The translations under genes and the position numbers were made by a program. Source: an uncultured Acidobacteriota bacterium (GTDB lineage Bacteria; Acidobacteriota; Polarisedimenticolia; J045). Taken from it: DNA of 64,000 nucleotides. The notes below the pieces were generated by a model. That model saw only the letters and a list, made by a program, of their open reading frames with translations. It was not told where the DNA came from and made no database searches. Position 1 is the first letter of the stretch. Every line of letters begins with the position of its first letter. Where the stretch lies: contig CAVPCQ010000037.1 in assembly GCA_963702425.1 (NCBI GenBank), positions 160,001-224,000 of the forward strand. The letters run 5' to 3'. This document shows positions 35,999 to 47,258 of the stretch, piece after piece.

Positions 35999-36841
35999 TC
36001 ACGCGCGGACCATCCGGCTGCGCAGGAAGGCCCGGGTGGCGATCCAGGCCTTGAGCGGGCGGGGCAGCTCAACCCGCCGGGGCCCGGCGGGGAAGCCGGC
36101 GCGCTCGATCCGCGCCAGGAGCCGGCGGTAGATCGCCGCCATCGCCTCGGCCGCGCAGAGATCGCGCGGCCAGCGCCGACCGAAGGCGCCGGCGGACTCG
36201 AAGCAGGCTCTGGCTCGCCCGGCCTCGAACCGGAGCAGATCGAGCCGCCGGGGATCCGCACCCAGCACCCCGGCCTCGTCGAGCCCGAAGCGAGCGAGGT
36301 CGTCCTGCGGCAGGTAGAAGCGGCCCGCCGCGGCATCGGCGCCGAGATCACGCAGGATGTTCGTGAGTTGCAGCGCCAGTCCGAGCTGGCGGGCGTACGC
36401 GTCGGCCTCCGGCTCGCGGTGCCCGAAGACCCGCACCGAGAGCCGCCCGACCGCGCCCGCCACGAGGTCGCAGTAGCGCGCCAGCTCGTCGAAGTGCGCA
36501 AATCGGCGCGGCTCGAGATCCCACCCGACGCCGTCGAGCACCTGCTCGAAGAGCTGCCGCTCGAGGCCGAACTGGCGCGCCGCCTCGCCGGCCCGCACCG
36601 CGACCGGGTGCGTCGCGCGGCCGTCGAAGGCGCGCGCGAGCTCCGCGCGCCAGAACTCCAGCGCGCTGGCCGCGCTCGCCGCGTCCGGCGCGTCATCGAC
36701 CGCGTTGTCGGCGGCGCGGCAGAAGGCGTAGACGGCGACGATCCCGTCGCGCTGATCGCGCGGCAGCGTCAGGAAGGCGTAGTAGAAGTTGCTCTTCGCC
36801 GCGCGCGTGAACTGGCGAACCTGCTCGAGCGGCGACGGCAT
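35999..36841 (-). CDS. hpnD: Squalene/phytoene synthase, HpnD-like
   Basis: KSNFYYAF, YAFCRAADNAVD, YCDLVAGAVG, LGLALQLTNILRDL-x2-D, GRFYLP. Confidence 0.85.
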   Translation of the reverse strand: MPSPLEQVRQFTRAAKSNFYYAFLTLPRDQRDGIVAVYAFCRAADNAVDDAPDAASAASALEFWRAELARAFDGRATHPVAVRAGEAARQFGLERQLFEQVLDGVGWDLEPRRFAHFDELARYCDLVAGAVGRLSVRVFGHREPEADAYARQLGLALQLTNILRDLGADAAAGRFYLPQDDLARFGLDEAGVLGADPRRLDLLRFEAGRARACFESAGAFGRRWPRDLCAAEAMAAIYRRLLARIERAGFPAGPRRVELPRPLKAWIATRAFLRSRMVRA

Positions 36842-38452
36842 CAGCGCGGCCGGCTCCTGCGGCCGAGGCGTCGCCGCACCAGGAACCAGGCCATCGCCGC
36901 GGCCCAGGCCGCGCCCCAGGCGCGGTCGAGCAGGCCGCCCCAGCGGGTGTACGGCGGCGCGTCGCCCTGCGGGACGGTGACCGCGCGGATCAGCGTCCCT
37001 TCTTCGAGCCGCAGCCGCCCGGTCTTCGTGCTGCGCAGGTACTCCTCGACGCGACCGTCCGGGGCGATGAAGGCCGACGGGCCGGTGTTTCCGACTCGCA
37101 CCATCCCGACCCGGTTCTCGACCGCGCGCAGGATGTTGACCCCCATCTGGTTGTGCGAGAGGGGCCAGCCGAGCCACCCCTCCGAGCTGAGGTTGACGAA
37201 GAAGGTCGCGCCGCGCTGCCGCGCCTCGCGGCCCAGCTCGGGGTAGCACGACTCGTAGCAGAGCGGCGTCCAGAAGGTCCAGCTGCCCGCACTCGTCTCG
37301 AGCGTCAGCGGGATCGCTCCCGGGCCGCTGAAGCCGTGCGGCGCGCTGCGCCAGGCCGAGAGGGTGACCTTCGTCAGCAACTGTCCGAGCGCAGGGAACT
37401 GCCGCTCCATCCACGGGAACCCGCGGCGCTCCGTGAACGGAAAGAGCACGACCTTGTCATAGCGTCCGGCGCGCGCTCCGGCGGGATCGATGATCATGGC
37501 GCTGTTCGTCGGCCGCTGGCCGTCCGGGCCGAAGTTCTGCGTCCCGAAGAGCACCGGTGTGCCCAGCGTCCGGGCCACCGTCGCGACGCTCTTCTCGTAT
37601 TCCGGCCAGCGGTCGAGGTTGGCCAGGACCGAGTTCTCGGGCCAGGCGATCAGGTCGGCCGCGCCGCGCGGCACGGTGGCGAGCGTCTGCTGGACCGTGC
37701 CCGCGAGGACCTGCGGCGTGAGCTGGAACGAGTGCTCGAGCGCAGGTTGGATCACCGCGATCTGCGGTCCGGCGCTCTCGGGGACGCGACCCGATCCGGG
37801 CCACGCCGTAGACCAGCAGGAAGGCCGTCGCCGCCACGGCCGCCACGGCTCCCCAGCGCAGGCGACGCGCGTCGCCGGGGCGCGGGCCGTCGATGGCCCG
37901 CTTGGCGAGGTCGGCCAGCAGCGCGGCCGGGATCGCCCAAAGGAAGGTCAGGCCGTACGAGCCGACGAGATCGGCGGCCTGGATCAGCACCGGGTAGCCG
38001 AAGAGGAAGGTCCCGGCCTGGAACATGTTGTAGTTGCCGACGCCGAGGAGCGTGCGCGTCCACTCGCCGGCCGCCATCGCCAGCGGCAGGATCAGAAACA
38101 GCGGTCCCCGCGAGACGCGGTAGAGCGACCAGGCGAGGAGCGACTGCACGACGTAGTGGACCGTGATCACGGCCGGCAGCAAGGCGAGCGCGATCCAGCC
38201 GAACTTCACGAGCGGTGCGAGGGCGAACCAGATGAACAGCAGCAGCCCCGGCAGGAAGCCCAGCACCGGGGCGTGCCAGCGGTCGATCACCGCGGGCAGC
38301 ATCAGCACGACCCAGCCGAGTGCGACCAGCGGCCCGAGCGCCTCGTAGCGCGTCGCCGCCAGCAGCAGCAGGCCGCCGGCGAGGGAGACCGCGAGGACCT
38401 CGGCGATACGGCGCAGGCGCGACACGGGGCGCAGGCCGGCGGCGGACGACAT
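36841..38452 (-). CDS. lnt: Apolipoprotein N-acyltransferase, frameshift near 37785
   Basis: Multi-TM N-terminus (IQAADLVGSYGLTF), nitrilase triad WPE, YDKVVL-x-PF-x-E, LCYE, plus RAVENR and NTGPS. Confidence 0.9.
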
Positions 38453-38455
38453 CGC

Positions 38456-39733
38456 TCAGCCCTCCCAGCGCCGCAGGACGAGGCAGGCGTTCGTCCCGCC
38501 GAAACCGAAGCTGTTGGACAGCGCGACCCGGGACTCGATCGCGTTGTCGCGCTCGAGCACGAGGCGGAGGTGCGCGCAGCGTTCGTCCACGCGGTCGACG
38601 TTGATCGACGGGGCCAGGAAGCCGCCCCGCAGCATCTGGATCGTGTAGATCGCTTCCAGGCTGCCGGCCGCGCCGACCGCGTGGCCGGTGGTGGACTTGG
38701 TCGAGGAGATCCACGGCTGCCGCTCGCCGAACACGGCCCACATCGCCGTCGCCTCCGAGGGATCGCCCTGCGGCGTCGACGTGCCGTGGGCGTTGACGTA
38801 GTCGACCTCCTCCGGTCGCAATCCGGCGTCAGCCAGCGCTTCGCGCATCACCTCGATCGCCCCTTCGGTGAGCGGCGCGACCATGTCGTTGCCGTCGGAG
38901 TTGGCGGCGAAGCCGGGCAGCTCGGCGAGGATCGGCGCGCCGCGCCGCTGCGCCGCGTCGAGGTCCTCGAGCAGCAGCATCCCGGCGCCGCCGCTGATCA
39001 CGAAGCCGTCGCGGTCGGCGTCGAAGGGGCGCGAGGCGCGCTCGGGGCTGTCGTTGAAGCCGCGCGAGAGGGCGTGCATGGCGTCGAACGCGCCCGCGCG
39101 CGTCCAGTCCAGTTCGTCGGCGGCGCCGGCGAGGACGCGCTCGTAGCGGCCGACGCGGATCAGCAGCGCGGCCAGCGCGATGGCGTGGGAGCCGGTCGAG
39201 CAGGCCGACGAGACGCACCAGCTTTCCCCGCGCACGCCGAGCGCGACGCTGACGTTGGCGGCGGCGGTCGAAGTCATCACCTGCGGGACCGTGAACGGGC
39301 TCACGCGGCGCGTGGCGACGAACTTCTCGACGCCGGCCGCGCGTGCCTTCTCCCCCTCCAGCTCGACCAGGCGCAGGGCGTTGTAGTTGCGGATCGCCGA
39401 GCCGATCCCGGAGCCGATGATCACCGCGACCCGGGCCCCGCGCAGCTCGGCCGGCTCGAGGCCCGCGGCGGTCAGCGCCTCGTGCGTCGCGTAGAGCGCC
39501 ATGCGCGACATGCTGGTGGCGCTCTTCTCGACTTTCCGGGTCAGGAGCGGGCTGTCGGGTTCGGCCTCCGGCACCCCTGCGACCTGGGAGGCGAAACCGA
39601 TCGTGGTCCACTCCGGCACGAATTGAACGCCCGAGCGGCCCGAGCGGAGCGACTGCTCGATCGCCGGCAGGCCCGTGCCGACGGACGAGACAGCCCCCAT
39701 CCCGGTGACGACCACGCGACGCTCCGACGCCAT
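38456..39733 (-). CDS. fabB: Beta-ketoacyl-ACP synthase, FabB-like
   Basis: SSACSTG, NAHGTST, TGHAVGAAG. The strings FDAMHALS-x2-FND-x-PERASR and NSDGNDMVAP resemble FabB more than FabF. Confidence 0.8.
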   Translation of the reverse strand: MASERRVVVTGMGAVSSVGTGLPAIEQSLRSGRSGVQFVPEWTTIGFASQVAGVPEAEPDSPLLTRKVEKSATSMSRMALYATHEALTAAGLEPAELRGARVAVIIGSGIGSAIRNYNALRLVELEGEKARAAGVEKFVATRRVSPFTVPQVMTSTAAANVSVALGVRGESWCVSSACSTGSHAIALAALLIRVGRYERVLAGAADELDWTRAGAFDAMHALSRGFNDSPERASRPFDADRDGFVISGGAGMLLLEDLDAAQRRGAPILAELPGFAANSDGNDMVAPLTEGAIEVMREALADAGLRPEEVDYVNAHGTSTPQGDPSEATAMWAVFGERQPWISSTKSTTGHAVGAAGSLEAIYTIQMLRGGFLAPSINVDRVDERCAHLRLVLERDNAIESRVALSNSFGFGGTNACLVLRRWEG

Positions 39734-39893
39734 CCGCCCCTCCGCGGCCCGCGGCCGTGGCGGGCATGATACCGACAGAAAGGGTGCCCGCGGGTCCGAG
39801 CTGGACAGCCCGGGGGGCCGATATTAGACTCACCGACTCGGGCGTAAAGCCCACCGTCGGCCGCCCGCCGGCGCGCCCCGCAAGGAGTCCCAG

Positions 39894-40277
39894 ATGTCGA
39901 CCAACCCGACCCACACCGGCGAGACGCCGGGCACCCCGGCGCCCGGCGGCGAGATGCTCGTCCTGACCCCGGCCGCGGTCCAGAAGCTGCTCGGCTACCA
40001 GTCCGAGAACCCCGAGTTCCAGGGGAAGGCTTTCCGCATCTTCATCGAGGGCGGCGGCTGCTCCGGGTTCCGCTACGGCTTCGGCTTCGACGACGCGTCG
40101 GAGGAAGACTGGAGCTTCGAGACCGGCGGCCTCAACGTGACGGTCGACCCGACCTCGATGCAGTACCTGCAGGGTGCGACGGTGGACTTCGTGGACGACC
40201 TGTCCGGGTCCGGCTTCATGGTCAAGAACCCGAACGCGAAGACCTCCTGCGGCTGCGGCCACTCCTTCAACGGCTGA
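39894..40277 (+). CDS. Fe-S cluster A-type carrier (HesB/IscA/ErpA)
   Basis: GGGCSGF-x-Y, NPNA-x2-SCGCG-x-SF. Confidence 0.95.
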   Translation: MSTNPTHTGETPGTPAPGGEMLVLTPAAVQKLLGYQSENPEFQGKAFRIFIEGGGCSGFRYGFGFDDASEEDWSFETGGLNVTVDPTSMQYLQGATVDFVDDLSGSGFMVKNPNAKTSCGCGHSFNG

Positions 40278-40305
40278 CCCGCCGCCCGCAACACGGCCCG
40301 ATACC

Positions 40306-40345
40306 ACGAGGCCCCCGGGCGTTTGCCCGGGGGCCTCGTTTCTTG
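40306..40345 (+). terminator. Intrinsic terminator after the A-type carrier gene
   Basis: 15-bp perfect stem ACGAGGCCCCCGGGC/GCCCGGGGGCCTCGT, 4-nt loop, then TTCTT. Confidence 0.85.
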
Positions 40346-40378
40346 TGCTTACCCAAGGAGAGGGAGGGAGTGCTGACT

Positions 40379-41338
40379 TCAGGCCCCGGCCGGTGCCGGA
40401 GCCTGGGAATAGCTCGGTGCCGGAGCGGCGCCCGCGCTCCAGTCGATCGGCCAGACCGGGACCTCGGCCCCGGTCGGTGCTTCGCGCGCGGCGGTGAGCG
40501 CCTGCTGCGCGGCGACAAGCAGCGCCTCGACTTCCGGCCACGGCCCGTCCTCGGGGACGGCGATCCCGGCCATCACGAGGTCGCGGCGCGAGACGCCGGC
40601 CTGTGTCGCGAGCACGGTCACCAGCCGCGAGACGGCGGGACGGGCGTCGCGGCAATGCGGCATCAGGATCGCGATCCGGCGCGCGTCCCAGCGGCCGACG
40701 GCGTCCGAGCCCCGCACGGCCTGCTTGATCGCGTGGCCGAGTCGCCGGCTCCAGCGGTCGGGCTGGGCGGCAGCGGTCAGCGGCAGCGACTCGGCCAGCT
40801 CCACCAGGAGCAGCGTGGCCGGCTCGTGCCCCTCCTCGGCCTCCGACAGGGCCTGTTCCAGCGCCGCGGTGAAGCCCTTGCGGTTGAGCAGGCCGGTGGC
40901 CTGGTCGTAGAGGTCGAGGCGGCGGATCCGGTCGGCCTGGGCGCGGACGTCCCCCTCGCGGCGGGCGAGGCGGGAGCGGATCGATTCGGACTCCTCGGCG
41001 AGTGACTGCCAGAGGTGCAGCGCCCGGGCGAGGCCCCAGGCCGTCAGGACCGAGCCGGCCAGAGCGAGCGCCGGCGCGACCCAGGGCTCCAGCCCCTCGG
41101 ACAGCCCGAACACCAGCGCGCCCGCGAGCAGCAGCAGCCCGCCCGACAGCGCCAGGCGCGCGCTCCACGGCCGGCCGCGGCCGAGCCAGAGCACCAGCAG
41201 GACCCCCGCGAGGAGCGCGACGGCCGCGCCGACGGCCAGCGAGCCGCGTTCCGATCCCGGGAAGAGGAATGCAGCCGCCACCGCCGCGACCGCGACGGAC
41301 GCGAGCGGAAGGTACGGACCTCCCCGCAGCCACTTCAT
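40379..41338 (-). CDS. Membrane protein with degenerate GGDEF domain
   Basis: Four TM helices, coiled coil, DQATGLLNR, RGSD at the I-site position, active site reads GRWDARRI instead of GGDEF. Confidence 0.8.
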   Translation of the reverse strand: MKWLRGGPYLPLASVAVAAVAAAFLFPGSERGSLAVGAAVALLAGVLLVLWLGRGRPWSARLALSGGLLLLAGALVFGLSEGLEPWVAPALALAGSVLTAWGLARALHLWQSLAEESESIRSRLARREGDVRAQADRIRRLDLYDQATGLLNRKGFTAALEQALSEAEEGHEPATLLLVELAESLPLTAAAQPDRWSRRLGHAIKQAVRGSDAVGRWDARRIAILMPHCRDARPAVSRLVTVLATQAGVSRRDLVMAGIAVPEDGPWPEVEALLVAAQQALTAAREAPTGAEVPVWPIDWSAGAAPAPSYSQAPAPAGA

Positions 41339-41547
41339 CGCTCAGGACTCCACGCCGGCCTGTCCCCCACTCGGCCTTACGCAAACTTCGTGCCCCGGAC
41401 GGGTCGAACGCAAGCGGTTCCCGGCGCTTGGTCCCGGACGGATCGCGCCGGGGACGGGCGGAGACGGAGGTGGACGCGGAATGTCGCCCGGCTGACGCGG
41501 AGGGTCATCCGGGGGCGGTCCGGCAGGTGCACGGAGGGACCGGAGGA

Positions 41548-41636
41548 TGGTGCCGGAAGGGGGAGTCGAACCCCCAAGGGGCGTGAGCCCCGGCGGATTT
41601 TGAATCCGCTGCGTCTGCCGATTCCGCCATTCCGGC
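41548..41636 (-). tRNA. tRNA-Leu(CAA)
   Basis: GCCGGAATGGCGGAATCGGCAGACGCAGCGGATTCAAAATCCGC, variable arm, ...GGTTCGACTCCCCCTTCCGGCACCA. Confidence 0.97.
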
Positions 41637-41786
41637 GCGGGACGACGTCGACATCTTAGCCCGGCGGACCGCGATCGCATCGGGCCGGCGGCCCGCCCGG
41701 CACCTCGCGCAGAGGCGCCGCTGCCGCCGCCGGCGAGGGACGGGGGCCCGGGTCGGCGCCGCGGGCGCGCGCCCGGGCCCGGCCGC

Positions 41787-43016
41787 TCACTCGTAGCGCA
41801 GCGACTCGATCGGGTCGAGGCGCGCGGCCTTGTAGGCGGGCCACAGCCCGGCCAGGACGCCGAAGAAGGCCGGCACGAAGACCCCCAGCACGTAGACCAT
41901 GAGCGGGATCGAAATCGGCGGCCAGCCGGGGATCAGGTGGTTCAGGATCGCCTGGCCGACGACGCTGAAACCAAGCCCGGCCAGGATCCCCACTGCTCCG
42001 CCGAGCGCGCAGAGCGTGACCGCTTCGATCAGGAACTGCGAGAGGATGTTCTGGCTCTTCGCCCCGATCGCCTTGCGGATCCCGATCTCGCGCGTCCGCT
42101 CCGTCACCGACACGAGCATGATGTTCGTCACGCCGATCGTGGCGACGAGCAGGGCGAAGCCGACGATCACCGCGGCCCCCATCGAGATCCCGTCGGTGAC
42201 CTTCTTGACCGCCTTGAGGACGCCGGCCTGGGACTGGACCTCGAAGTCGTTCGGCTGCGCCGGCAGCAGCTTGTGCCGGCGCCGCAGGACGTCGGTGATC
42301 TGGTCCATCGCCTGCTCGACGCGCTCCGCGCTGCGCGCCCGCACGATCAGCACGACGGACCGCTCGGTGTCCCGCCCCCAGATCGCCGCCGCGGTCGAGA
42401 GCGGGATCAGCGCCAACTCGTCGAAATTGAAGTCGAACAGCTTCCCCTTCTGCTCCAGGATTCCGACGATCGTGAAATCGGCCCCTCCCAGCGCAATCGT
42501 CTGGCCGATCGGCTCGCCCGGGAGCTTGAGATCCTCGACGATCTTCGTGCCCACCACGCAGACGCGCGCCCGCGTCCGCTCCTCGATGCTGGAGAAGAAG
42601 CGCCCGCGGTCCACGAAGATGTTCCGCGTGTCCTGGAACGACGCATTCGAGCCGACGATGACGGCGTCCGCGATCTCGTCCCCCTTCTTGAAGCGACCGC
42701 CCCGCTGGATGACCGGCGAGATCAGGTCGACGTCCGGACAGTACCGGCGCAGCGCCTCGCCATCCTCGGCGGTCAGCTCGACGCGGCCCAGCTTCTCCCC
42801 GGCCTTGCCCGGGGGACGGTAAGGGGCCACGAAGAGCGTGTTCGCCCCGAGCCCCTGGATCTCGTTGATCGCGATCCCGGTGATCCCCTGCAGGATCCCC
42901 TGCACGCCGACCGTCACCGCGACGCCGATGACGATGCCGAGCACCGTCAGGAAGGAACGCAGCTTGTTGGCCCAGATCGCGAGCAGGGCCATGCGCAGGT
43001 TTTCCAGCCAAAGCAT
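41787..43016 (-). CDS. MacB/YknZ-like ABC transporter permease
   Basis: NKLRSFLTVLGIVIGV, NIMLVSVTERTREIGIRKAIGA, AARLDPIESLRYE. Confidence 0.94.
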   Translation of the reverse strand: MLWLENLRMALLAIWANKLRSFLTVLGIVIGVAVTVGVQGILQGITGIAINEIQGLGANTLFVAPYRPPGKAGEKLGRVELTAEDGEALRRYCPDVDLISPVIQRGGRFKKGDEIADAVIVGSNASFQDTRNIFVDRGRFFSSIEERTRARVCVVGTKIVEDLKLPGEPIGQTIALGGADFTIVGILEQKGKLFDFNFDELALIPLSTAAAIWGRDTERSVVLIVRARSAERVEQAMDQITDVLRRRHKLLPAQPNDFEVQSQAGVLKAVKKVTDGISMGAAVIVGFALLVATIGVTNIMLVSVTERTREIGIRKAIGAKSQNILSQFLIEAVTLCALGGAVGILAGLGFSVVGQAILNHLIPGWPPISIPLMVYVLGVFVPAFFGVLAGLWPAYKAARLDPIESLRYE

Positions 43017-43026
43017 GATTCGGCTC

Positions 43027-43749
43027 CTAGCTCTCCGGATGGGTCGTCACGCCGGCTTCGTCGGTCCGGAAGTCGGCCACGACCTTGCCGTCGCGCAGCT
43101 TGATGATCCGCTTGGTTCGGTTCGCGATGTACTCCTCGTGGGTGACGAGGATGATCGTGTTTCCGCGGCGGTTGAGCTCGTCGAAGAGCTCCATGATCTC
43201 GTCGCCGGTCCGCGAGTCGAGATTCCCTGTCGGCTCGTCCGCGAGCAGGATCGACGGGCCGTTGACCAGCGCGCGGGCGATCGCGACGCGCTGGCGCTGT
43301 CCCCCGGAGAGTTCGTTCGGCTTGTGCTCCATCCGGTCGCCGAGGCCGACGGACGAGAGGGCCTCCGCCGCCCGGCGGCGGCGCTCCGTCCACGTCACGC
43401 CCGCGTAGATCAGCGGCAGCTCGACGTTCTGCAGGGCGCTGGTCCGCGACAGCAGGTTGAACGTCTGGAACACGAAGCCGATCTCCTTGTTGCGGATCTC
43501 GGCCAGGGCGCCGTCGTCGAGCGTCTCGACCTCGCGGCCGTTCAGCACGTAGCGGCCGCTCGTCGGCGTGTCGAGGCAGCCGATCAGGTTCATCAGCGTC
43601 GACTTGCCCGAACCCGACGGCCCCATGATCGCGACGTAGTCACCCTTCTCGATGCCGACCGAGACGCCGTCGAGCGCGCGAACCGGGCTCGCCCCCACGT
43701 CGTAGATCTTCGCCAGATCGTGGATCTCGATCAGCGGAGGGCTCGCCAT
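43027..43749 (-). CDS. ABC transporter ATP-binding protein (LolD/YknY-like)
   Basis: [33 protein letters not shown]. Confidence 0.96.
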   Translation of the reverse strand: MASPPLIEIHDLAKIYDVGASPVRALDGVSVGIEKGDYVAIMGPSGSGKSTLMNLIGCLDTPTSGRYVLNGREVETLDDGALAEIRNKEIGFVFQTFNLLSRTSALQNVELPLIYAGVTWTERRRRAAEALSSVGLGDRMEHKPNELSGGQRQRVAIARALVNGPSILLADEPTGNLDSRTGDEIMELFDELNRRGNTIILVTHEEYIANRTKRIIKLRDGKVVADFRTDEAGVTTHPES

Positions 43750-43753
43750 CGGC

Positions 43754-45144
43754 CTACTCTCCACCCTCGCGGCCGCGCTCGCCGCTGTCGCCGCCCGCGT
43801 CCTCGGAGGCGGCGTCTCCGGGCTGCTTCTCCTCCCGGGGCTGGACCCGATCGCCCTCCTTGAGTTTCTTGAGCACGCGGTAAGGCCCGGTGACGACCGT
43901 CTTTCCCGGCGCGAGCCCCGCGACGATCTCGACCCACATGTCGTCGCTCGTGCCGGTCGTGACCGGCTGCGCGCGGACCGTCCCGGCGGTCTTGCTCCCC
44001 TCGAAGAGATACACGACCTCGATCTCCTCGCGCTCGTCCGCCTTGCCCGGGTTCGCGCCGCGCGCGGCGGCCCGCGTCGCACCGCCGGCCCCGGCCGCGT
44101 CCTGTCTCCTTGCCCGGCGAGTCCGATCCTGCGGGCGGCGCAGCGGAGCCCTTGTCACCCGCCGCCTTGCGGTCCTCCTCGAGCTTCTTCCGCTCGCGGA
44201 CCGTCACGGCCTGGATCGGGATGCGCACCACGTCCTCCCGCCGCGCGACCTCGATCTTGGCCTTCGCGGTCATCCCCGGGCGGAGGCGCTCGTCGGGGTC
44301 GGTCAGGAGGATCTTCACGCCGAACACGTTGACATCCCCCTCCTTCCGCGCGGTGTTCCGGATCTCGTGGACCTTCCCCTCGTAGGTCATCCTCTCGACC
44401 GCGTCCACCGTGAGCTTCGCCGTCTGCCCCGGACTTCAGGCGGACGACCTCCGTTTCGTCCACGCTGATCTCGGCCAGGACCTCGCTCATGTCCGAGATC
44501 ACCATGAGCACGGAGCCGGGAATGTTCGTGGTGCCGACGATGACCTGCTCGCCGACCTCGGTGTTGACCTGCGTTACCCGGCCCGACATCGGGGCGAAGA
44601 TCCTCGTCTTCGTCAGGTCGGTCTGCACCCGGGACAGGGAGGCGTCGGCCAGGGTGACCGACTCCCGGAGCGACTTCAGGTTGATCGCCGCGCCTTCCAC
44701 CGCGAGGTCCGCCTTCTCGAGGTCGCTGTCCGGGAGGAGTCCCTCCGCGTGCAGCTCGTGGGCCCGCTGCCGCTCCCGTTCGAGGTTGCGCAGGTTGACG
44801 TCCTGCTGCTCGATGGCGATCCGGCTCATCCGCACGTTCGCGGCCAGGCGGTCGACGTCGCTGCGGTACTTCTCGGGATCGATGCGCACGAGCAGGTCGC
44901 CCTTGGCGACGTTCTCTCCCTCCTTGACGGGGAGCTCGACGATCTGCCCGTAGATCTCCGACGAGATGTTGACCTTGGTACGGGCCTGCACCACGCCGGT
45001 CCCGGTGACCAGCGTGATGACGTCGCCCTTGGAGACGTCCGCCGTGTAGACGCTCTCGCCGGACTGCTTGGTCCGGCTGATCGACACGATCACGATCACC
45101 ACGACGACGGCGAGGATCCCCAGACCGATCAGGAGCTTCTTCAT
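43754..45144 (-). CDS. Periplasmic adaptor subunit (MacA/YknX-like), two frameshifts near 44430 and 44105
   Basis: N-terminal TM, lipoyl halves ([20 protein letters not shown]), [20 protein letters not shown]...GL-x-PG-x2-VVTG. Confidence 0.88.
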
Positions 45145-45153
45145 GGTCGACTC

Positions 45154-46252
45154 TCAGAAGGCGGCTGCGAAACCCAGCTTGACGAGGACCCAGATCCCCC
45201 ACGGCACGAGGACCAGCGCCGCGGCCTCGCCGGTCTTCCGCCCGAGCACCGTCGCCAGCCCCAGGATCGTGAGCGCGAGCGACCAGATGCTGAACAGGCC
45301 CAGCGAGGAGCCGAGCGAGGCGAGGGCGGCGCTCGAGTCCTTGAGGTTCAGCAGGAGCGTCAGGTCCGCCGGAACGATGTCCGCGATCCAGGTCGCGTCG
45401 GGGGTGCGCAGCAGAACGATCAGGATCCCCACGAGCCCCGAGATCGCCGAGGGCGCGAGACCATACGAGACAGTCGTCATGATGCGGCCGTACGCCGGTT
45501 CCCGGGCGAGGCGCTGCATCGCCCAGACGGTGCCCCCGAGGGCCGTCAGCGCCAGCAGGAAGGATACGGCAGCGGCCCAGCCGGGGGAGGCCGCGGCCCC
45601 TGTCGCGTCGTCCGCCGCTGCGGCCGCCGCTGCGGCGAACTGCACGACGCTACTGACGACGGCGAAGACGACGCCGATTCCCAGGACGATGCCGAGGTTG
45701 ACGAACAGCTTCTTCCCGGGCGTCCCCGGCGGCAGCCACCCCATCAGCAGCGCGATCAGTCCGTAAAGGAACGTGAAGAACCAGACGACGGCGACGAAGC
45801 CGATCAGCGTGTTCGTGATCGCCGACGCCTGCATCTGCCAGAGCGGCGCGCTCGCGATCTGCTGCGTGGCCTGCTTCGAGCGCCTTGTCTCTCACCTCCG
45901 GGCCGCCGAGCATGCCGGCGAGCTTGATCCCGAAGCTGTCCCTCAGGTACTCCTTGTAGACGACGGGAAGGTCGTAACGGGCGAAGTAGAGGCCCACGAA
46001 CGCCGAGAACGAACACGGCGCAGATGATGACCGGGACGAGCCAGCCGCGCGGATCCCGCCGGATGTCCTCGAAGACGCTGCCGGGCGAGAAGAAGACATT
46101 GGCGAATCGCGCGAGCGGCCCCATCCGCGCGCGCTGTGGCGCCGCTCCGGTCTGCGCCGCGTCGCGGAGTCGAGAACCGGCGGGGGCGAAGGCGGGGACT
46201 CGCCTGGAACTGACGGTTGATCGTCGGGTCGGAAGGGCGTGCGGTCGTTCAT
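45154..46252 (-). CDS. YIP1-domain membrane protein (YknW-like), 2-3 frameshifts
   Basis: ANVFFSPGSVFEDI, multi-TM, SLGLFSIWSLAL-x3-GL. First gene of the exporter operon. Confidence 0.75.
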
Positions 46253-46433
46253 GGTCACCCCCGGCGTGCCTGTCCACTTCGGCACCATTGAAGGGCTTCG
46301 GCCGATGATCGAACTCACCTCTCGGCGGGGGCAGGATACAGTGGGAACGCGCGGGAGGGGGCGGTTGCGGACGCCGGTCGCTGCGCCGCGCCCGTTCCGC
46401 GCTGGCACGCGTCGCTTGCCATGTGTCGAGCGA

Positions 46434-47188
46434 TCAGGCGGACTCGGTGGCCTCGAAGGACTTCCCAGCACCTCGCCCAGCAGCCCCGTCGCCGCCGCCC
46501 ACGAGCGCCGGTCCGCGTCCGGCTCGTAGAACAGCCCGCCCGCCGGGTCGCGCGGCAGCTCGTAGTTGGTGAAGCCGTGGCCGGCGCGGCCGTAGGTCAC
46601 GAGCTCCCAGTCGGCGCCGGCCGCCTCCATCTCGCGCTGGAAGGCCCGCACGTGCTGCTCGCTCACCAGCGGGTCGAGCACGCCGTGGAACGCGAGGACG
46701 CGCGCCTGCACCGCGCCCCGAGCGGCGCGGCGCGGCGTGTCGAGCAGGCCGTGGAAGCTGATCGCCGCGGCGAGATCGGCGCCGTCGCGCGCCAGCTCCA
46801 GCGCCACGCCGCCCCCGAAGCAATAGCCGAGCGCCGCGACCTCGCAGCCGCGCACCAGCGGGCTGTCGGTCAGGCGTGCCAGCCCGGCGCGGGCGCGGGC
46901 GCGGAGCAGGGGGATGTCGCGGGCGTACCGGTTCATCTCGTGGGCCGCCTCCTCGTTCGTCTGCGGCCGCACGCCGCGGCCGTAGAGGTCGAGCGCGAAG
47001 GCGACGTAACCCAGCGCGGCCAGCGCCCGGGTTCGCTCCTCGACGAAGGGGACGAGTCCCCGCCACATGTGGCAAACGAGGACGCCGGGGCGCGGCCAGG
47101 GGAGGGAGGGGTCGAAGGCGGCGTAGCCCTCGAGCGGGACGCCGTCGTGGGAGTAGGGGACGCGCTGGGTCCGGAGGGAGGCGTTCAT
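46434..47188 (-). CDS. Dienelactone hydrolase family protein (3' end probably frameshifted)
   Basis: RPGVLVCH-x-W-x-G, GYCFGG nucleophile, FHG-x2-DP, GHGFTN, ADRRSW. Confidence 0.9.
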
Positions 47189-47258
47189 CGGTCGGTCCTC
47201 GCGGTGCGGGCTGGGTCCGGGCCGATCCTACCGCGGCGGGCCTTCCCTGGCGTCCGCC

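Noticed and set aside
2332-41636. tRNA-anchored genomic islands at the three tRNAs
   Set aside because: No integrase, and I noticed no duplicated tRNA 3' ends. Flanking genes look native.
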